This document shows, piece after piece, positions 1 through 10,427 of a DNA stretch of 64,000 bases. Made by a program: the position numbers and the translations under genes. This DNA is from Vampirovibrionales bacterium (GTDB lineage Bacteria > Cyanobacteriota > Vampirovibrionia > Vampirovibrionales > JAJTHC01): NCBI GenBank assembly GCA_044348005.1, contig JBIKTR010000006.1:34589-98588 (forward strand), written 5' to 3'. The notes under the pieces are model-generated. The model searched no databases, was not told the DNA's origin, and saw only the letters and a list, made by a program, of their open reading frames with translations. The stretch's first letter is position 1. The number at the start of each line of letters is the position of its first letter.

Positions 1-1446
1 TACAACACAGGCAACGAAGGTTGGGTGTATAACGACAACGTAAACAGCCCGATGATTAAAGACTGGCTAGGCAAAGCCGTTGGCAACGACGACCTACAAC
101 GCCACGACAAATGGTTGTGCATGATGTACCCAAGACTGCAACTAATGAAGCAACTACTTAAAATGGGTGGGGTAATTTTTGTTAGCATTGACGACAATGA
201 AGTACACCACTTACGATCCGTTATGGATGAGATATTTGGTGAACACAATTATGTTGGTACTATTACTTGGGAAAGTAAAACACAACCACATAATACTGGT
301 GACTCGGCTGAAAATCTACAAACAAAATGCGAGTATATTTTGTGTTATACAAATGGTGTAAAACAAACCTTCAATAGAGAGTCTCTAAAAGAAAAAGAAT
401 ACCCTGAAGAAGATGAAAAAGGTGTATTTCGTCTTGAAAAAATGAATCCAAAATCTAATTTGGGAACATATTATCGTCCAACAATGGTTTTTGATAATGG
501 ATCACCATTACCCCAAAACATGCGTTGGCAAATTTCAGAGGAAACCTTTTTAAGCTATCAAAAAAGGAATGATGTAACTTATAAAAATAATGGTTCTTAT
601 CTTAAAATTAGACCCGAGGATGAGCATGCGTTTAAATACGCACCCTTTTGGAGCCACTTATTTGATAAAGAGGCGTATGGAACTGCTAAAAGTGGACTGT
701 CTGAATTAAAAGGGTTGTTTCCTGAAGGGCTTCCCGTCCCTTTTGAAACCGTTAAACCCACAAAGCTTCTTTCAAAATTATTGTTTCATATTAAGAATAA
801 AAATGCTCTTATTCTTGATCCTTTTGCAGGAAGTGCAAGCACCTTTCATGCCATGCTTCAAGCCAATCAAAATGATAATGGCAATCGCAAAATTATTATG
901 ATTGAACAAATGGAATATAGCCAGTGTTTAACTCAAGAACGAACTAAACGTGTTATTGACGGTGTGGAAACAGCGAAAGATGCCCAAGTTCAAGCAGGCT
1001 TAGGCGGTAGCTTTACCGCCGTAACGCTGGGGCAAGCCATGCACTTGCAGGAACTCGCCACCTTGCCTGAATCTGAACTCCCCCCTCGGGATGCGTTGGC
1101 GTCTTGGGTGTTTTACAACACCACGTTGCAAGCCTTGCCGAAGGTGGTGGCTCCCAATGCGACGCATTGCATCGGGGAAACGGACACACACACGGTTCAT
1201 TTATTGTACGAAGCGAACTTGGCATTTTTACGCAGTTCCGCAGGAGCCTTCACCCTAGGCTTGGCAGAACGCATTGCAGAACAAGCCAACGGCAACGGCA
1301 AAGAAGCGATCGTGTATGCCCCTATGTCTTTTGTGGATGTCAAAACCATTCGCCAAAACAAGTGGAAAATACGCTATTGCAATTTACCCTATGAATTGTT
1401 GCAAGTCGAAGCGGTGAAGCCCCCTTCTACCGAAGCTATTATGTAA
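1..1446 (+). CDS. mod: Type III RM DNA methyltransferase (Mod), 5'-truncated by the window edge
   Basis: Frame is open from base 1 (YNTGNEGWVYNDN, the tail of the DPPYNTG motif IV). Also has FVSIDDNE, TVKPTKLL and ILDPFAGSAST (motif I), in beta-class order. Directly upstream of a Res-like helicase. Confidence 0.9.
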   Translation, partial: YNTGNEGWVYNDNVNSPMIKDWLGKAVGNDDLQRHDKWLCMMYPRLQLMKQLLKMGGVIFVSIDDNEVHHLRSVMDEIFGEHNYVGTITWESKTQPHNTGDSAENLQTKCEYILCYTNGVKQTFNRESLKEKEYPEEDEKGVFRLEKMNPKSNLGTYYRPTMVFDNGSPLPQNMRWQISEETFLSYQKRNDVTYKNNGSYLKIRPEDEHAFKYAPFWSHLFDKEAYGTAKSGLSELKGLFPEGLPVPFETVKPTKLLSKLLFHIKNKNALILDPFAGSASTFHAMLQANQNDNGNRKIIMIEQMEYSQCLTQERTKRVIDGVETAKDAQVQAGLGGSFTAVTLGQAMHLQELATLPESELPPRDALASWVFYNTTLQALPKVVAPNATHCIGETDTHTVHLLYEANLAFLRSSAGAFTLGLAERIAEQANGNGKEAIVYAPMSFVDVKTIRQNKWKIRYCNLPYELLQVEAVKPPSTEAIM

Positions 1447-1457
1447 GGGTTTCACAA

Positions 1458-3992
1458 ATGAACATTGGTCAATTTGAGTTTAAGCATTATCAAGAGCTTG
1501 CTTTGCAACAGCTTTCCGCTTTTTTAGGCATCATCAAAGAAATGGATCTTACAACGGCATGGCATAAGTTCGCCATGGGCAAACCTGATTTTAGGGAATG
1601 GCAAACACGTCGTAATGGTTTGGGCAATAGCATTCCGCACGGTTGCATTATGCTTCCGACAGGGGGCGGTAAAACCCTTGTGGGGGCTTGTGCCGTGCAA
1701 CGTATTCAACATGAATACTTGCAAACAGGCAAGGGCTTGGTTTTGTGGGTGGTGCCGTCTCAAACCATTTACAAGCAAACGCTCAAAACGTTTCGGGATG
1801 TCACCAGCCCTTTGCATCAAGTGTTCAAAGAATGTGCAGGCGGTAATAGTCCTAAAATCCTTGAAAAATCGGATAAACTATCCCCTCGGGACATTCAAAA
1901 TACCTTGTGCATTATGGTGGTGACGCTTCAATCCTTTAACGTCAAAGCCAGCACGAAAGAAGGGCGAAAACTGTATAACGGCAATAGCGTGTATCAGTCC
2001 TTTTTTCCACCGTATGACAACATTCTAGGGCATCGTGATCTTAAAAACCTAGTCTCTAATTTGGACACCTACAACTTCACCGAAAAAGCCCTTTATGTAG
2101 ACAATCCTGAAGAATATCCCGAAATCAAACCGTCGCTTGCCAATGTGTTTAAACTCACGCAACCGCTTGTCGTAATTGATGAATGTCATAAAAGTAAAAC
2201 GATTAAGGCGATTGAAAACATCAATCATTTTAATCCACGCTTTATTTTAGAATTGAGTGCCACACCGTTTGACAATAGCAACATTTTGTATCAAGCCATG
2301 GGGCGTGATTTATGGCGTGAACAAATGATTAAGCTCCCGATTCACTTGCATAATGGCAAGGATCTGTCATGGCAACAATGCTTGCAACAGGCGTATGAAA
2401 AGCGTCGTGCGTTGGAAAGTTCTGCCCTTGAAATGACGGGGCGTTTTGGAGAATACTTGCGTCCTATTTTATTGGTACGAGTGCAACGCACGGGTAAAGA
2501 TCAACGAGATGCTCAATTTATTCATGCTCAAGATGTGAAGGAATGGTTACTTCAAAAAGGTGTTCCTGAACATGAAATAGCGATCCGCTCTTCTGAAGAC
2601 GACGATTTAGGCGGTCGTGATTTAATGAGTGCATCCGAATCGATACGTTACATCATCACCAAAGACGCCTTGCGTGAAGGGTGGGATTGTCCTTTTGCCT
2701 ATGTCTTATGTAATTTAGACAACACGCATACCGATGTTTCAATGGTGCAGATGCTAGGGCGTATTTTAAGGCAACCGAATGCCAAACGTTTTGAATCACA
2801 CACCGAACTCAATGAAGCCTTTGTGTATTGCTACCATGCCAAAGTGAACGAATTAACGGACACGGTTATTAAAGGGCTTGAAAAACAGGGCTTAGGCAAT
2901 TTGAAAAATGCCCTGATTTCAGAAGGAGACACCCAAGCATCTTTCAAACATACGCTAAAAAAACGTGCCAAGTTTATTCAAGAATCGGTTATTTTACCGA
3001 CGGTTTTATTTCATCCTCGCAAGGCGTATAATAACCAACATGCGAAGGAATTTGAAGAACTAAACTGGACGAATCACTTATTGCCCTTCATTGATTTTAA
3101 GGAAATTGAGGTTTGCATCACGCCTCATTTAGAAAAATTACAGAACATCCACTGTGAAAGTACCTTGCTTGGTTTTTATAAACAGAACAAAAAAGGGGAG
3201 GATACCTTAGGGTATTTACAGGGGAAAATGGATTTACAATACATAGAACCCGAATACCCAAGCCCTCATGCGTTGTATCGCTTGTTATATCCTGTTGTGC
3301 CGAATGCCTTTGTGGCTCATCAATTGCTAGGCGATTCTATTGAAAGTATCCGTACATCTTCGATGCCTTATCAGTTCATGGCAAGCATAAAAGCAGAGAT
3401 TGAGTCCCAAGTGTACCAACAATCTGAAGCACTGTTTAGAGATTGGCTAAGCAAAGGCATACTTTCCTTTGAAATTGTGGAACAATCCACTAAAAAACAA
3501 GGACATTTATTGAAAAGTGAGTTTGATGTTTCGACTCAAGAAAAAGAAACGGAAACACTGTCATTTGAAAATGCTCTTTATGAACCGATGCTTTCTAGCT
3601 TTTTTAACCAGTCCGAAAAAAGCGTAGCAGGTTACTTAGACGAAGACAAAGCGATCGTATGGTGGCATCGTTTATTTCAAAGTCACCAGTACAAATTGCA
3701 AGGTTGGCAAAAAAATGTGATTTATCCTGACTTTTTGGTAAAGCAAACGGTTGATGAATTAGGCAAAACTGAATATATGCTTCTTGAAACAAAGGGTAAG
3801 CACTTACTAGGCAACGATGATACTGAATACAAAAAAGCCTTGTTAGGGGTATTAGGAAAGAACTATCGAGTCATTGGTACATTCAAAACACCTCAAACCA
3901 TGCGGAACTTAGTATTACCTTTGAAAGAAGGCTGGGAACACGATTTACAATCCTTTTTAAACGTGAATCACAGAATCCGTCAAGCCCAATAA
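1458..3992 (+). CDS. res: Type III restriction subunit (Res): SF2 helicase plus C-terminal PD-(D/E)xK nuclease
   Basis: Walker A LPTGGGKT, DECH, LSATP, ALREGWDCP, QMLGRILRQP; C-terminal YPDFLV...LETKG. Confidence 0.88.
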   Translation: MNIGQFEFKHYQELALQQLSAFLGIIKEMDLTTAWHKFAMGKPDFREWQTRRNGLGNSIPHGCIMLPTGGGKTLVGACAVQRIQHEYLQTGKGLVLWVVPSQTIYKQTLKTFRDVTSPLHQVFKECAGGNSPKILEKSDKLSPRDIQNTLCIMVVTLQSFNVKASTKEGRKLYNGNSVYQSFFPPYDNILGHRDLKNLVSNLDTYNFTEKALYVDNPEEYPEIKPSLANVFKLTQPLVVIDECHKSKTIKAIENINHFNPRFILELSATPFDNSNILYQAMGRDLWREQMIKLPIHLHNGKDLSWQQCLQQAYEKRRALESSALEMTGRFGEYLRPILLVRVQRTGKDQRDAQFIHAQDVKEWLLQKGVPEHEIAIRSSEDDDLGGRDLMSASESIRYIITKDALREGWDCPFAYVLCNLDNTHTDVSMVQMLGRILRQPNAKRFESHTELNEAFVYCYHAKVNELTDTVIKGLEKQGLGNLKNALISEGDTQASFKHTLKKRAKFIQESVILPTVLFHPRKAYNNQHAKEFEELNWTNHLLPFIDFKEIEVCITPHLEKLQNIHCESTLLGFYKQNKKGEDTLGYLQGKMDLQYIEPEYPSPHALYRLLYPVVPNAFVAHQLLGDSIESIRTSSMPYQFMASIKAEIESQVYQQSEALFRDWLSKGILSFEIVEQSTKKQGHLLKSEFDVSTQEKETETLSFENALYEPMLSSFFNQSEKSVAGYLDEDKAIVWWHRLFQSHQYKLQGWQKNVIYPDFLVKQTVDELGKTEYMLLETKGKHLLGNDDTEYKKALLGVLGKNYRVIGTFKTPQTMRNLVLPLKEGWEHDLQSFLNVNHRIRQAQ

Positions 3993-4011
3993 TGCAAGAA
4001 GGGGAAAAGAT

Positions 4012-5190
4012 ATGCCTCAAAATAAGGATTTTTTCCTACACTCTTTTTTTAGGCATCTAGGTAAAGACGGGCTTATGTTTTACCTGAATGAAACCCAGCA
4101 TTCTTTAAAAAATAAGATTCAATCTATTTTTCAAGAACATCGTAAAAAAAGTGAAAGCTCCATTTTACAGGAATGGATTGTTCCTTTATTTGAGAGTTCA
4201 GAAAACCAAAAGGTTACTCAAGATCTAAATGCCTTCAAACACATCAATGAATTAAGTCATCCTCATGGATTTCATGCGTTACGGTCTGAATGTTTTTACA
4301 ATCAACTAGAACACTTGTTACAAGAATATCAAACTCCGCATGCCCTTGCTTTGTACATGTACTTAAAGCATGAAGACTTATTTAAAAATGCCGAATTTGT
4401 CTCATATATTGACCAAACTCCCAATTGGAAGCTTTATGCAGGAATGAAAAAAAGTACATTAAAGCCATGGAACGAGCAAAAAGAGTCTTTTTATGATGAC
4501 ATTAAAGATAAGTTTCGTAAGCATTTACACAATATGGTAAATCTAAAAATAGAGGCTTATGATTTTAAAGACCGCTTTATTTTAGACATTAAAACTGAAG
4601 GAGATTATAAGCAACAGGAAGTTTTCAATAAACAAGGTGAACTAGAGGTTGAAACTTTCCGACCTTCAATAGAGTTTGCCATTTTATACTACAAGGAAAA
4701 TGGCTTTTTAAAAGTAAAGACACCCCAATATGAAGCGGTATTAGCAGACGCCTTACATCAGAGCTTTGCAATAATTTTGTTAGAAAATCCACTGCATTTG
4801 ATGACTTTAAAAGATGTAAGGGTCGTTAATTTAGAACAAGCAAAACAGTTTTTGAAACTCGATTTCCCCGAAGGCTTAAAACATGAGTTTGATAAAGCAA
4901 TTGTTACTTCAATTAAGTTTAAAGAAACCTCAAGAGAAGGGGATTCTTCCAATACAATAGCATTCCATAATAAGCAACACTTGCATCGAGAACTTCAAAA
5001 TAAAAAATGGGACTTAAGTAAAACAGAGGTTTTATCCATATCAATTCAATTTCAGTATAGACATAATAACCGTTTTCGTTCTAAAACAATTACACTTGTT
5101 CAAAAAACAAATAAGACATCCACCAATACAACAGAATTATGTTTAGAAATTGAAAAGATTCTAATTTACTGGAGTTTTATGAATATCTAA
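4012..5190 (+). CDS. Hypothetical protein, AT-rich island gene
   Basis: 392-aa ORF with a purine-rich RBS, 19 bp after res; no motif recognised. Confidence 0.7.
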   Translation: MPQNKDFFLHSFFRHLGKDGLMFYLNETQHSLKNKIQSIFQEHRKKSESSILQEWIVPLFESSENQKVTQDLNAFKHINELSHPHGFHALRSECFYNQLEHLLQEYQTPHALALYMYLKHEDLFKNAEFVSYIDQTPNWKLYAGMKKSTLKPWNEQKESFYDDIKDKFRKHLHNMVNLKIEAYDFKDRFILDIKTEGDYKQQEVFNKQGELEVETFRPSIEFAILYYKENGFLKVKTPQYEAVLADALHQSFAIILLENPLHLMTLKDVRVVNLEQAKQFLKLDFPEGLKHEFDKAIVTSIKFKETSREGDSSNTIAFHNKQHLHRELQNKKWDLSKTEVLSISIQFQYRHNNRFRSKTITLVQKTNKTSTNTTELCLEIEKILIYWSFMNI

Positions 5191-5191
5191 A

Positions 5192-6076
5192 ATGCAACAA
5201 TTTTTTACACTGGATTTAGCTAAAACAGGTTTATCAAAAAGATCGATCAACGCCTTAAAGAAGAAGAGGATTATTCAAGATAGGCTAAATGCTCATTGGT
5301 TTTGTGATGAATGTGAAGAAGAACACGATTATATTTTTAACGGTAACGAAACTTTAGAAGTCTGTAATCGTAACCTACATAGCTTAGGGGCTAAAGTATC
5401 CGATTCAGCAAGGACTTACAAAGTTCTTTCTACATGGCATTGTAATGAAGAACTAAAAAAAGTAAACTCTCTCACGCATTTACCTAATTCCAATTTTGAA
5501 CAGTTTGTTCCTATTGGGACGAATAAAGATCTTCAAGTTTGGTGGTTGTATACTTACCCCTATAATCTGAATAAACAAGACTTTATTCAGATTATTAAAG
5601 CGTTTCCTTTCAAAAAACTAATTTTGGTTACAATGGAACCTTTTCTTTTACCTTCCAATCTACAAGAAAGTCTAAACTCATTTAATTATGCGACGATTTC
5701 AATTGATGAACTTTTAACGAAAGCTCTTCATTTAGAAACATTTTCAGAAGCTCGATATTTTTTATCACTAGACCTAGAAAACACAATAGCTTATTTAAAT
5801 AATCAGCCCACATATTTAAGACTAGACATGGCAATTTTTTTACATCTGATTTTTACAAAATACCCTTTACCATTAGAAAGTTCTTACTTTATTGATCACT
5901 ATCTTGATCTATTTGAAATGTATGATTCTAGTGGAAAAACTAAAGAAATCCCTGATATTTACAAGCTAAGAACAGAACTTAATCAAACATTTAATTTAGA
6001 CTTTGATCTTATAAACAAAAAGTCTAAAAACACAGGATATACCTTACATAGGTCTATTGAAATTGATAAAAACTAA
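5192..6076 (+). CDS. Hypothetical protein with putative Zn-ribbon and C-terminal winged-helix-like end
   Basis: CDECEEEH...C near the N-terminus. The C-terminal IYKLRTELN...NTGYTL resembles an OmpR-type wHTH tail. Starts 1 bp after the previous stop. Confidence 0.6.
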   Translation: MQQFFTLDLAKTGLSKRSINALKKKRIIQDRLNAHWFCDECEEEHDYIFNGNETLEVCNRNLHSLGAKVSDSARTYKVLSTWHCNEELKKVNSLTHLPNSNFEQFVPIGTNKDLQVWWLYTYPYNLNKQDFIQIIKAFPFKKLILVTMEPFLLPSNLQESLNSFNYATISIDELLTKALHLETFSEARYFLSLDLENTIAYLNNQPTYLRLDMAIFLHLIFTKYPLPLESSYFIDHYLDLFEMYDSSGKTKEIPDIYKLRTELNQTFNLDFDLINKKSKNTGYTLHRSIEIDKN

Positions 6077-6190
6077 GATAAACCTTCCCACAATCTTCCA
6101 AAATATCGGAAGATTTAAGGGGTAATAAAATACAGGCTAAACTTTCATAATACTTCTTGTGACCGCAATCCCACAGGAAGGGGGTAAGCC

Positions 6191-6481
6191 ATGCACAATC
6201 AAATACCGCTTGCCCCACTTGAAGACGTAAGTCACGCACCACTTGCCATGCCTAAAAACAAAAGGCTTCATGTCGTCAACCCCGACCCGATGCACAAGCT
6301 ACGGGAACATTATGGCGGATTGTCTGACAGTGAAGAAACGGAAATCCTCAACAATCTTGCAGGGTTTGCGTCTATTTTGCATGGCTGGCAAGTGGCGTAT
6401 GAAGCCGAGTTACAAACAACCCCGAATAAGGAGGCTAACGACGATGAAACGTCCGATCCCGAAAAAGAAAAATCCGCTTGA
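6191..6481 (+). CDS. Small hypothetical island protein
   Basis: GGAAGGGGG RBS before the ATG; opens the replication operon. Confidence 0.5.
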   Translation: MHNQIPLAPLEDVSHAPLAMPKNKRLHVVNPDPMHKLREHYGGLSDSEETEILNNLAGFASILHGWQVAYEAELQTTPNKEANDDETSDPEKEKSA

Positions 6482-6584
6482 AGAGCAAACGGATTACATA
6501 AAAGTTTATGACCTGATTATAGCACACTATCACTACATTAAACAAGTGCTTCCCCCAGTAAAAGTGGGAGGCAAGCACGTCTAA
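6444..6584 (+). CDS. Small hypothetical protein (46 aa)
   Basis: AAGGAGG upstream of the ATG at 6444; its stop overlaps the primase start (TAATG). Confidence 0.4.
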   Translation: MKRPIPKKKNPLEEQTDYIKVYDLIIAHYHYIKQVLPPVKVGGKHV

Positions 6585-7477
6585 TGTATTCTAATAATGC
6601 AAACCAAGAATGCGAAAGAATCGCCGAAGTCTTTCAACTAAAGGCGACTCGACAAGGTGGATTTAAAGGGCAATGCCCCTTGTGTGGCTATCCTGATACG
6701 TTTGATCTTAAGGCGGAAGGGGGCAAGGTCTTACTTTATTGCCATGCCTGCCAAGCTCCTTTTGGAGCCTTCCTTCAGTATTTTCAATCGCTGGATATAG
6801 GGCAAGCGACTAAGCCCTATAAAGCCATGCCACAAGCAAGCCCTGTGAAGGTCTCGCACCCTAGCAAGCAAGAAACCTTGTCGATTGCTCAAGGCATATG
6901 GGAGGCATCTAAAGCACTTGAAGGCACGCTTGCGGAACGCTATTTAGCATCAAGAGGCATAACGCTAAAAAAGTTGGATGCCTTACGCTTTCATCCGTCT
7001 TTAAAGCATAGCGGAAGCAGTTTGTACCACCCTGCTTTAGTGGCGAAAATAACCACAGAAGACGGCGTGTTGACAGGCATCCACCGAACCTATCTCGCAC
7101 CAGACGGCAAGGGCAAAGCCCTCCTTTTAGACCCCAAAAAGATGCTAGGCAACACAAGGGGAGCAAACATCCATTTAAGCCCCCTCACAGGCGACACACT
7201 CGCCGTATGTGAAGGCATTGAAACAGGGTTAAGCGTCCTACAAATGACAGGCATCCCGACGTGGGTGTGTCTTTCAACAGGAGGCATGGTAAGCCTTGAA
7301 ATCCCTAAAACCATTCGCACCTTACTGATTTGTGGAGACAATGACCCAGCAGGCATAACCGCCTCGCTTGCCTTAAAAGCCCGAGCGATTGAAGAAGGCT
7401 ATGCCGTGAAATACATCACCCCCGAAGAGGCAGGCTTTGATTTTAACGATGTTTTACAAAAGGAGATGACCCAATGA
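6584..7477 (+). CDS. Zn-finger/toprim primase-like protein
   Basis: CPLC...CHAC zinc finger, YLASRGI, GIHRTYL, toprim motifs VCEGIETGLS and GDND...DFND. Confidence 0.85.
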   Translation: MYSNNANQECERIAEVFQLKATRQGGFKGQCPLCGYPDTFDLKAEGGKVLLYCHACQAPFGAFLQYFQSLDIGQATKPYKAMPQASPVKVSHPSKQETLSIAQGIWEASKALEGTLAERYLASRGITLKKLDALRFHPSLKHSGSSLYHPALVAKITTEDGVLTGIHRTYLAPDGKGKALLLDPKKMLGNTRGANIHLSPLTGDTLAVCEGIETGLSVLQMTGIPTWVCLSTGGMVSLEIPKTIRTLLICGDNDPAGITASLALKARAIEEGYAVKYITPEEAGFDFNDVLQKEMTQ

Positions 7478-9042
7478 CCGATATTCAAGCCCTGATTAAC
7501 CAGTCCCCACTAGAAACCGCTGAAACGGTTGAAGCATCCAAATGGGGAACGCCAAGACCGATTCAAAGCGTTTTGCTCCCCGTGGATGACCTTGATTTAA
7601 GCCTCGTGCCTTATGAAGCACGGGCATGGCTTGAAGATGAAGCCGAACGCTTGCAAGTCAAACCCGACTTTATAGCGGTGTCCTTAATGGTCATTTTAAG
7701 TAGCGTCATTGGCAGACAAGTGGCGATTCGCCCCAAAGCAAAGGACGATTGGATCGTTGTGCCTAACTTATGGGGCATGATTATTGGCAGACCGTCTAGC
7801 TTTAAAAGCCCTAGCGTGGCAGGTGTTTTAAAACCCTTGAATCGACTGCAAGCTTTATCGATTCAAGAAAATGAACAAGCCTTGAATGAGTTTCAATCCC
7901 TTGAAAAAAGAAAAGACTTGGAACGAAAAGTGTTGACGGACAAATTAAAACGAACCATGAAGGTAAACCCCGACACGGTGGATATAGAAGCCGAAACCCT
8001 CGCCATTGAAGAAAAATGCAAGCTCCCTTCTAAGCCTGCTTGCAAGCGTTATATCGCCAATGATATTACCGTTCAAAAATTGGGGGAACTCTTGAGAGAC
8101 AATCCCAATGGCGTGCTGGTGTTTCGAGACGAACTTTCCGCCTTTTTACACAAGCTAGACAAAGAAGGACACGACCAAGACCGTAGCTTCTTCTTAGAAG
8201 CGTGGAACGGCACCAACAGTTATTCAGACGACACCATAAGCCGTGGCACGGTTTACATCGAATCGTGTTGTGTGTCTGTTTTTGGAGGCATACAGCCTAC
8301 CGTGCTTAGCAAGTGGCTCGCCGATGCCATTCAACACACGGGCAAAGATGACGGCTTAATGCAACGCTTTCAGCTCATGGTTTACCCTGATTCTTTGCGA
8401 GAGATTCAAGGCGTGGATCGTTACCCGAATACGCAAGCCAAAAACACTTACTTTGAACTGGTGAAGCGATTAAGCACGCTTTCCCCTGAAATAATTGGGT
8501 GCCAACAAGAAGAAGAGGAATTGCCTTATTTAAGATTCGCCCCTGAAGCCCAAGTGATTTTCGATGACTGGTATTTAGACTTAAGGCAAAGGCTTTCTAG
8601 CCGTGAAGGTGACAGCACCTTAGAAGCTCATTTTATGAAGTATTCGTCTTTAGTACCGTCTTTGGCGTTGATTTGTCATTTGGCTAATGGGCATACAGGC
8701 AAGGTGTCGAAAGAAGCCTTGTTACAAGCCCTTGCATGGAGTGAATACCTTGCAAGCCATGCCAAGCGGATTTATGCACTAGGGCAGAATCATCATTTAA
8801 CGGTGGCTCATGCTTTGTTGAAACGTCTTAAGGCAAAAGAACTCAACAACCCTTTTACCTTGCGAGAAATCAAACGTAAGCATTGGCAAGGTATGAGCGA
8901 ACCCAAAACGCTCGAAGAGGGGGTGGACACCTTAGAAGAGCATGGCTACTTGCGAAAAGAAGAGAGTCGCCCTCTAATAGGTCGCCCGAGTGTTCAGTAT
9001 TACATCAATCCTAGTTTGTTAGGGGAAACAGATCATGGGTAA
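7474..9042 (+). CDS. DUF3987/YfjI-family P-loop protein (satellite/ICE replication)
   Basis: VPNLWGMIIGRPSSFKSP, FRDELS, FLEAWNG, GGIQP, DDGLMQRF; ATGA overlap with the primase gene. Confidence 0.85.
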   Translation: MTDIQALINQSPLETAETVEASKWGTPRPIQSVLLPVDDLDLSLVPYEARAWLEDEAERLQVKPDFIAVSLMVILSSVIGRQVAIRPKAKDDWIVVPNLWGMIIGRPSSFKSPSVAGVLKPLNRLQALSIQENEQALNEFQSLEKRKDLERKVLTDKLKRTMKVNPDTVDIEAETLAIEEKCKLPSKPACKRYIANDITVQKLGELLRDNPNGVLVFRDELSAFLHKLDKEGHDQDRSFFLEAWNGTNSYSDDTISRGTVYIESCCVSVFGGIQPTVLSKWLADAIQHTGKDDGLMQRFQLMVYPDSLREIQGVDRYPNTQAKNTYFELVKRLSTLSPEIIGCQQEEEELPYLRFAPEAQVIFDDWYLDLRQRLSSREGDSTLEAHFMKYSSLVPSLALICHLANGHTGKVSKEALLQALAWSEYLASHAKRIYALGQNHHLTVAHALLKRLKAKELNNPFTLREIKRKHWQGMSEPKTLEEGVDTLEEHGYLRKEESRPLIGRPSVQYYINPSLLGETDHG

Positions 9043-9430
9043 GTGGTTGCAAGCCTTGAAAGAAGAGCGTGCCAAGCCGTCTGTTTTAGAGGTGGAAACA
9101 AGCGAAAAAAATAAAAACACACCCATGCACCCAGTGCCAAAAGTGACAAAACCCCCTTTTGGCACTTTTGACACTTCCCCTCATAGTCCTTTTGAAAAAA
9201 ATACACCTGTTTCACCAGCGGATGTTCACACGTTGATTCGCTATTTGATGCCGAAGGGCTTTGTGTCAACGTACACGGTGACAATAGGCTTAAACTGGCA
9301 GGTGGCTCGTGTGGAAGCGGTGGCGTTGCACCTGAAGCACCAGCTATGGCTCTTAGATGACAAGTCCTCCATTGCCCTCACCAGCTTGGCAAGACGTTTG
9401 TTTAAGATAAAGCAAGTAGATGACAAATAA
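9035..9430 (+). CDS. Hypothetical protein following DUF3987
   Basis: Overlaps the DUF3987 stop; contains the ori-like inverted repeat. Confidence 0.5.
   Translation: MGKWLQALKEERAKPSVLEVETSEKNKNTPMHPVPKVTKPPFGTFDTSPHSPFEKNTPVSPADVHTLIRYLMPKGFVSTYTVTIGLNWQVARVEAVALHLKHQLWLLDDKSSIALTSLARRLFKIKQVDDK
9134..9174. repeat. Inverted iteron-like repeat, candidate replication origin of the island
   Basis: gtgccaaaa-gtgacaaaa ccccc ttttggcac-ttttgacac: two 9-mers facing two inverted 9-mers, just downstream of the replication genes. Confidence 0.5.
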
Positions 9431-9665
9431 ACCCCGTCTGTCTAAAATAGCGGTTGATGCCTTGCTTCAATTTTTTTTTGTGGCGATTTTTTTAAGCCAA
9501 GCATAAACTAGAAGGGGTACCCCCTTTTTCTCCCGTCTAACCATTCTTAAAACTATTTTCTACACGAAACATATTCAATCGTTTTAATCCTCCCAAAGCC
9601 ATTCATTGCTTTTAATCCACCCCACAAAATGCTATAATAGGCGTAACCAACAAGGAGGGCATGGC

Positions 9666-10142
9666 ATGAAGGCACTGGCAACACATCCGATATTTAAACG
9701 CAACGACGAAAACCAGTGGATGCTTAGCAATGATGAAAACATTCACGAACTAGCCACCTTGTTTGGCACCACAAGCCCCGCCCTTGCCATGCACTGGCTT
9801 CACCAGTATATGAACACGTTTCCTAGTGCCTCAATCGAAATGGATCCGAACATGCTGGTGCAATACCTCCACGATATACAGCCACAATCCAGCACCGAAG
9901 CCTTGCTTGCCTTAAATATGCTCATGCTTCAAGAACAAACTTTTCTAATGAGTGGACGTTTGAAAGATCAAACCTTTCATAGCGGTTTTAAAGTCTTCAC
10001 CAATTGTATTTTAAAGTTAAGCGGTGCCTTTGCCAAACAAGCCGAAGCACTCGCCAAACTACGAGGCAAGTCGGGCAATACCTTCTTGCAACAAGTGAAT
10101 GTGAATGACGGCGGGCAAGCGGTCGTGACACAAGGGACGTAA
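9666..10142 (+). CDS. Hypothetical protein, partner of HGGxSTG protein (copy 1)
   Basis: Extended -10 TGCTATAAT (9630-9638) and AAGGAGG RBS; PQSSTEALLA and C-terminal VNVNDGGQAVV; homologous to 11931-12521. Confidence 0.7.
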   Translation: MKALATHPIFKRNDENQWMLSNDENIHELATLFGTTSPALAMHWLHQYMNTFPSASIEMDPNMLVQYLHDIQPQSSTEALLALNMLMLQEQTFLMSGRLKDQTFHSGFKVFTNCILKLSGAFAKQAEALAKLRGKSGNTFLQQVNVNDGGQAVVTQGT

Positions 10143-10145
10143 AAA

Positions 10146-10427
10146 ATGGAAGTCCTACCCCATGTCCCCAAAACTTTAATTTTTAAGCCTTGTGGAGCCA
10201 ACAGTAAGCGTTCAGGTTTGCCATGTTCACAACCAGCGATGAAGAACGGTCGATGTCGCTTTCATGGGGGCAAGTCGACAGGGGCGAAAACGCCCGAAGG
10301 CAAGCAAGCCCAACGACAGGCGAACCTTAAGGCGGGCTTGTATACAAAAGAAGCGATCGCCGAACGTCAAGAAGTGCGGGAGCTTTTGAATCAGTGTAAG
10401 GCGTTACTCGATGAAATTGAGTTGTAA
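10146..10427 (+). CDS. HGGxSTG domain protein (copy 1)
   Basis: CGANSKRSGLPCSQPAMKNGRCRFHGGKSTGAKT. Confidence 0.85.
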   Translation: MEVLPHVPKTLIFKPCGANSKRSGLPCSQPAMKNGRCRFHGGKSTGAKTPEGKQAQRQANLKAGLYTKEAIAERQEVRELLNQCKALLDEIEL

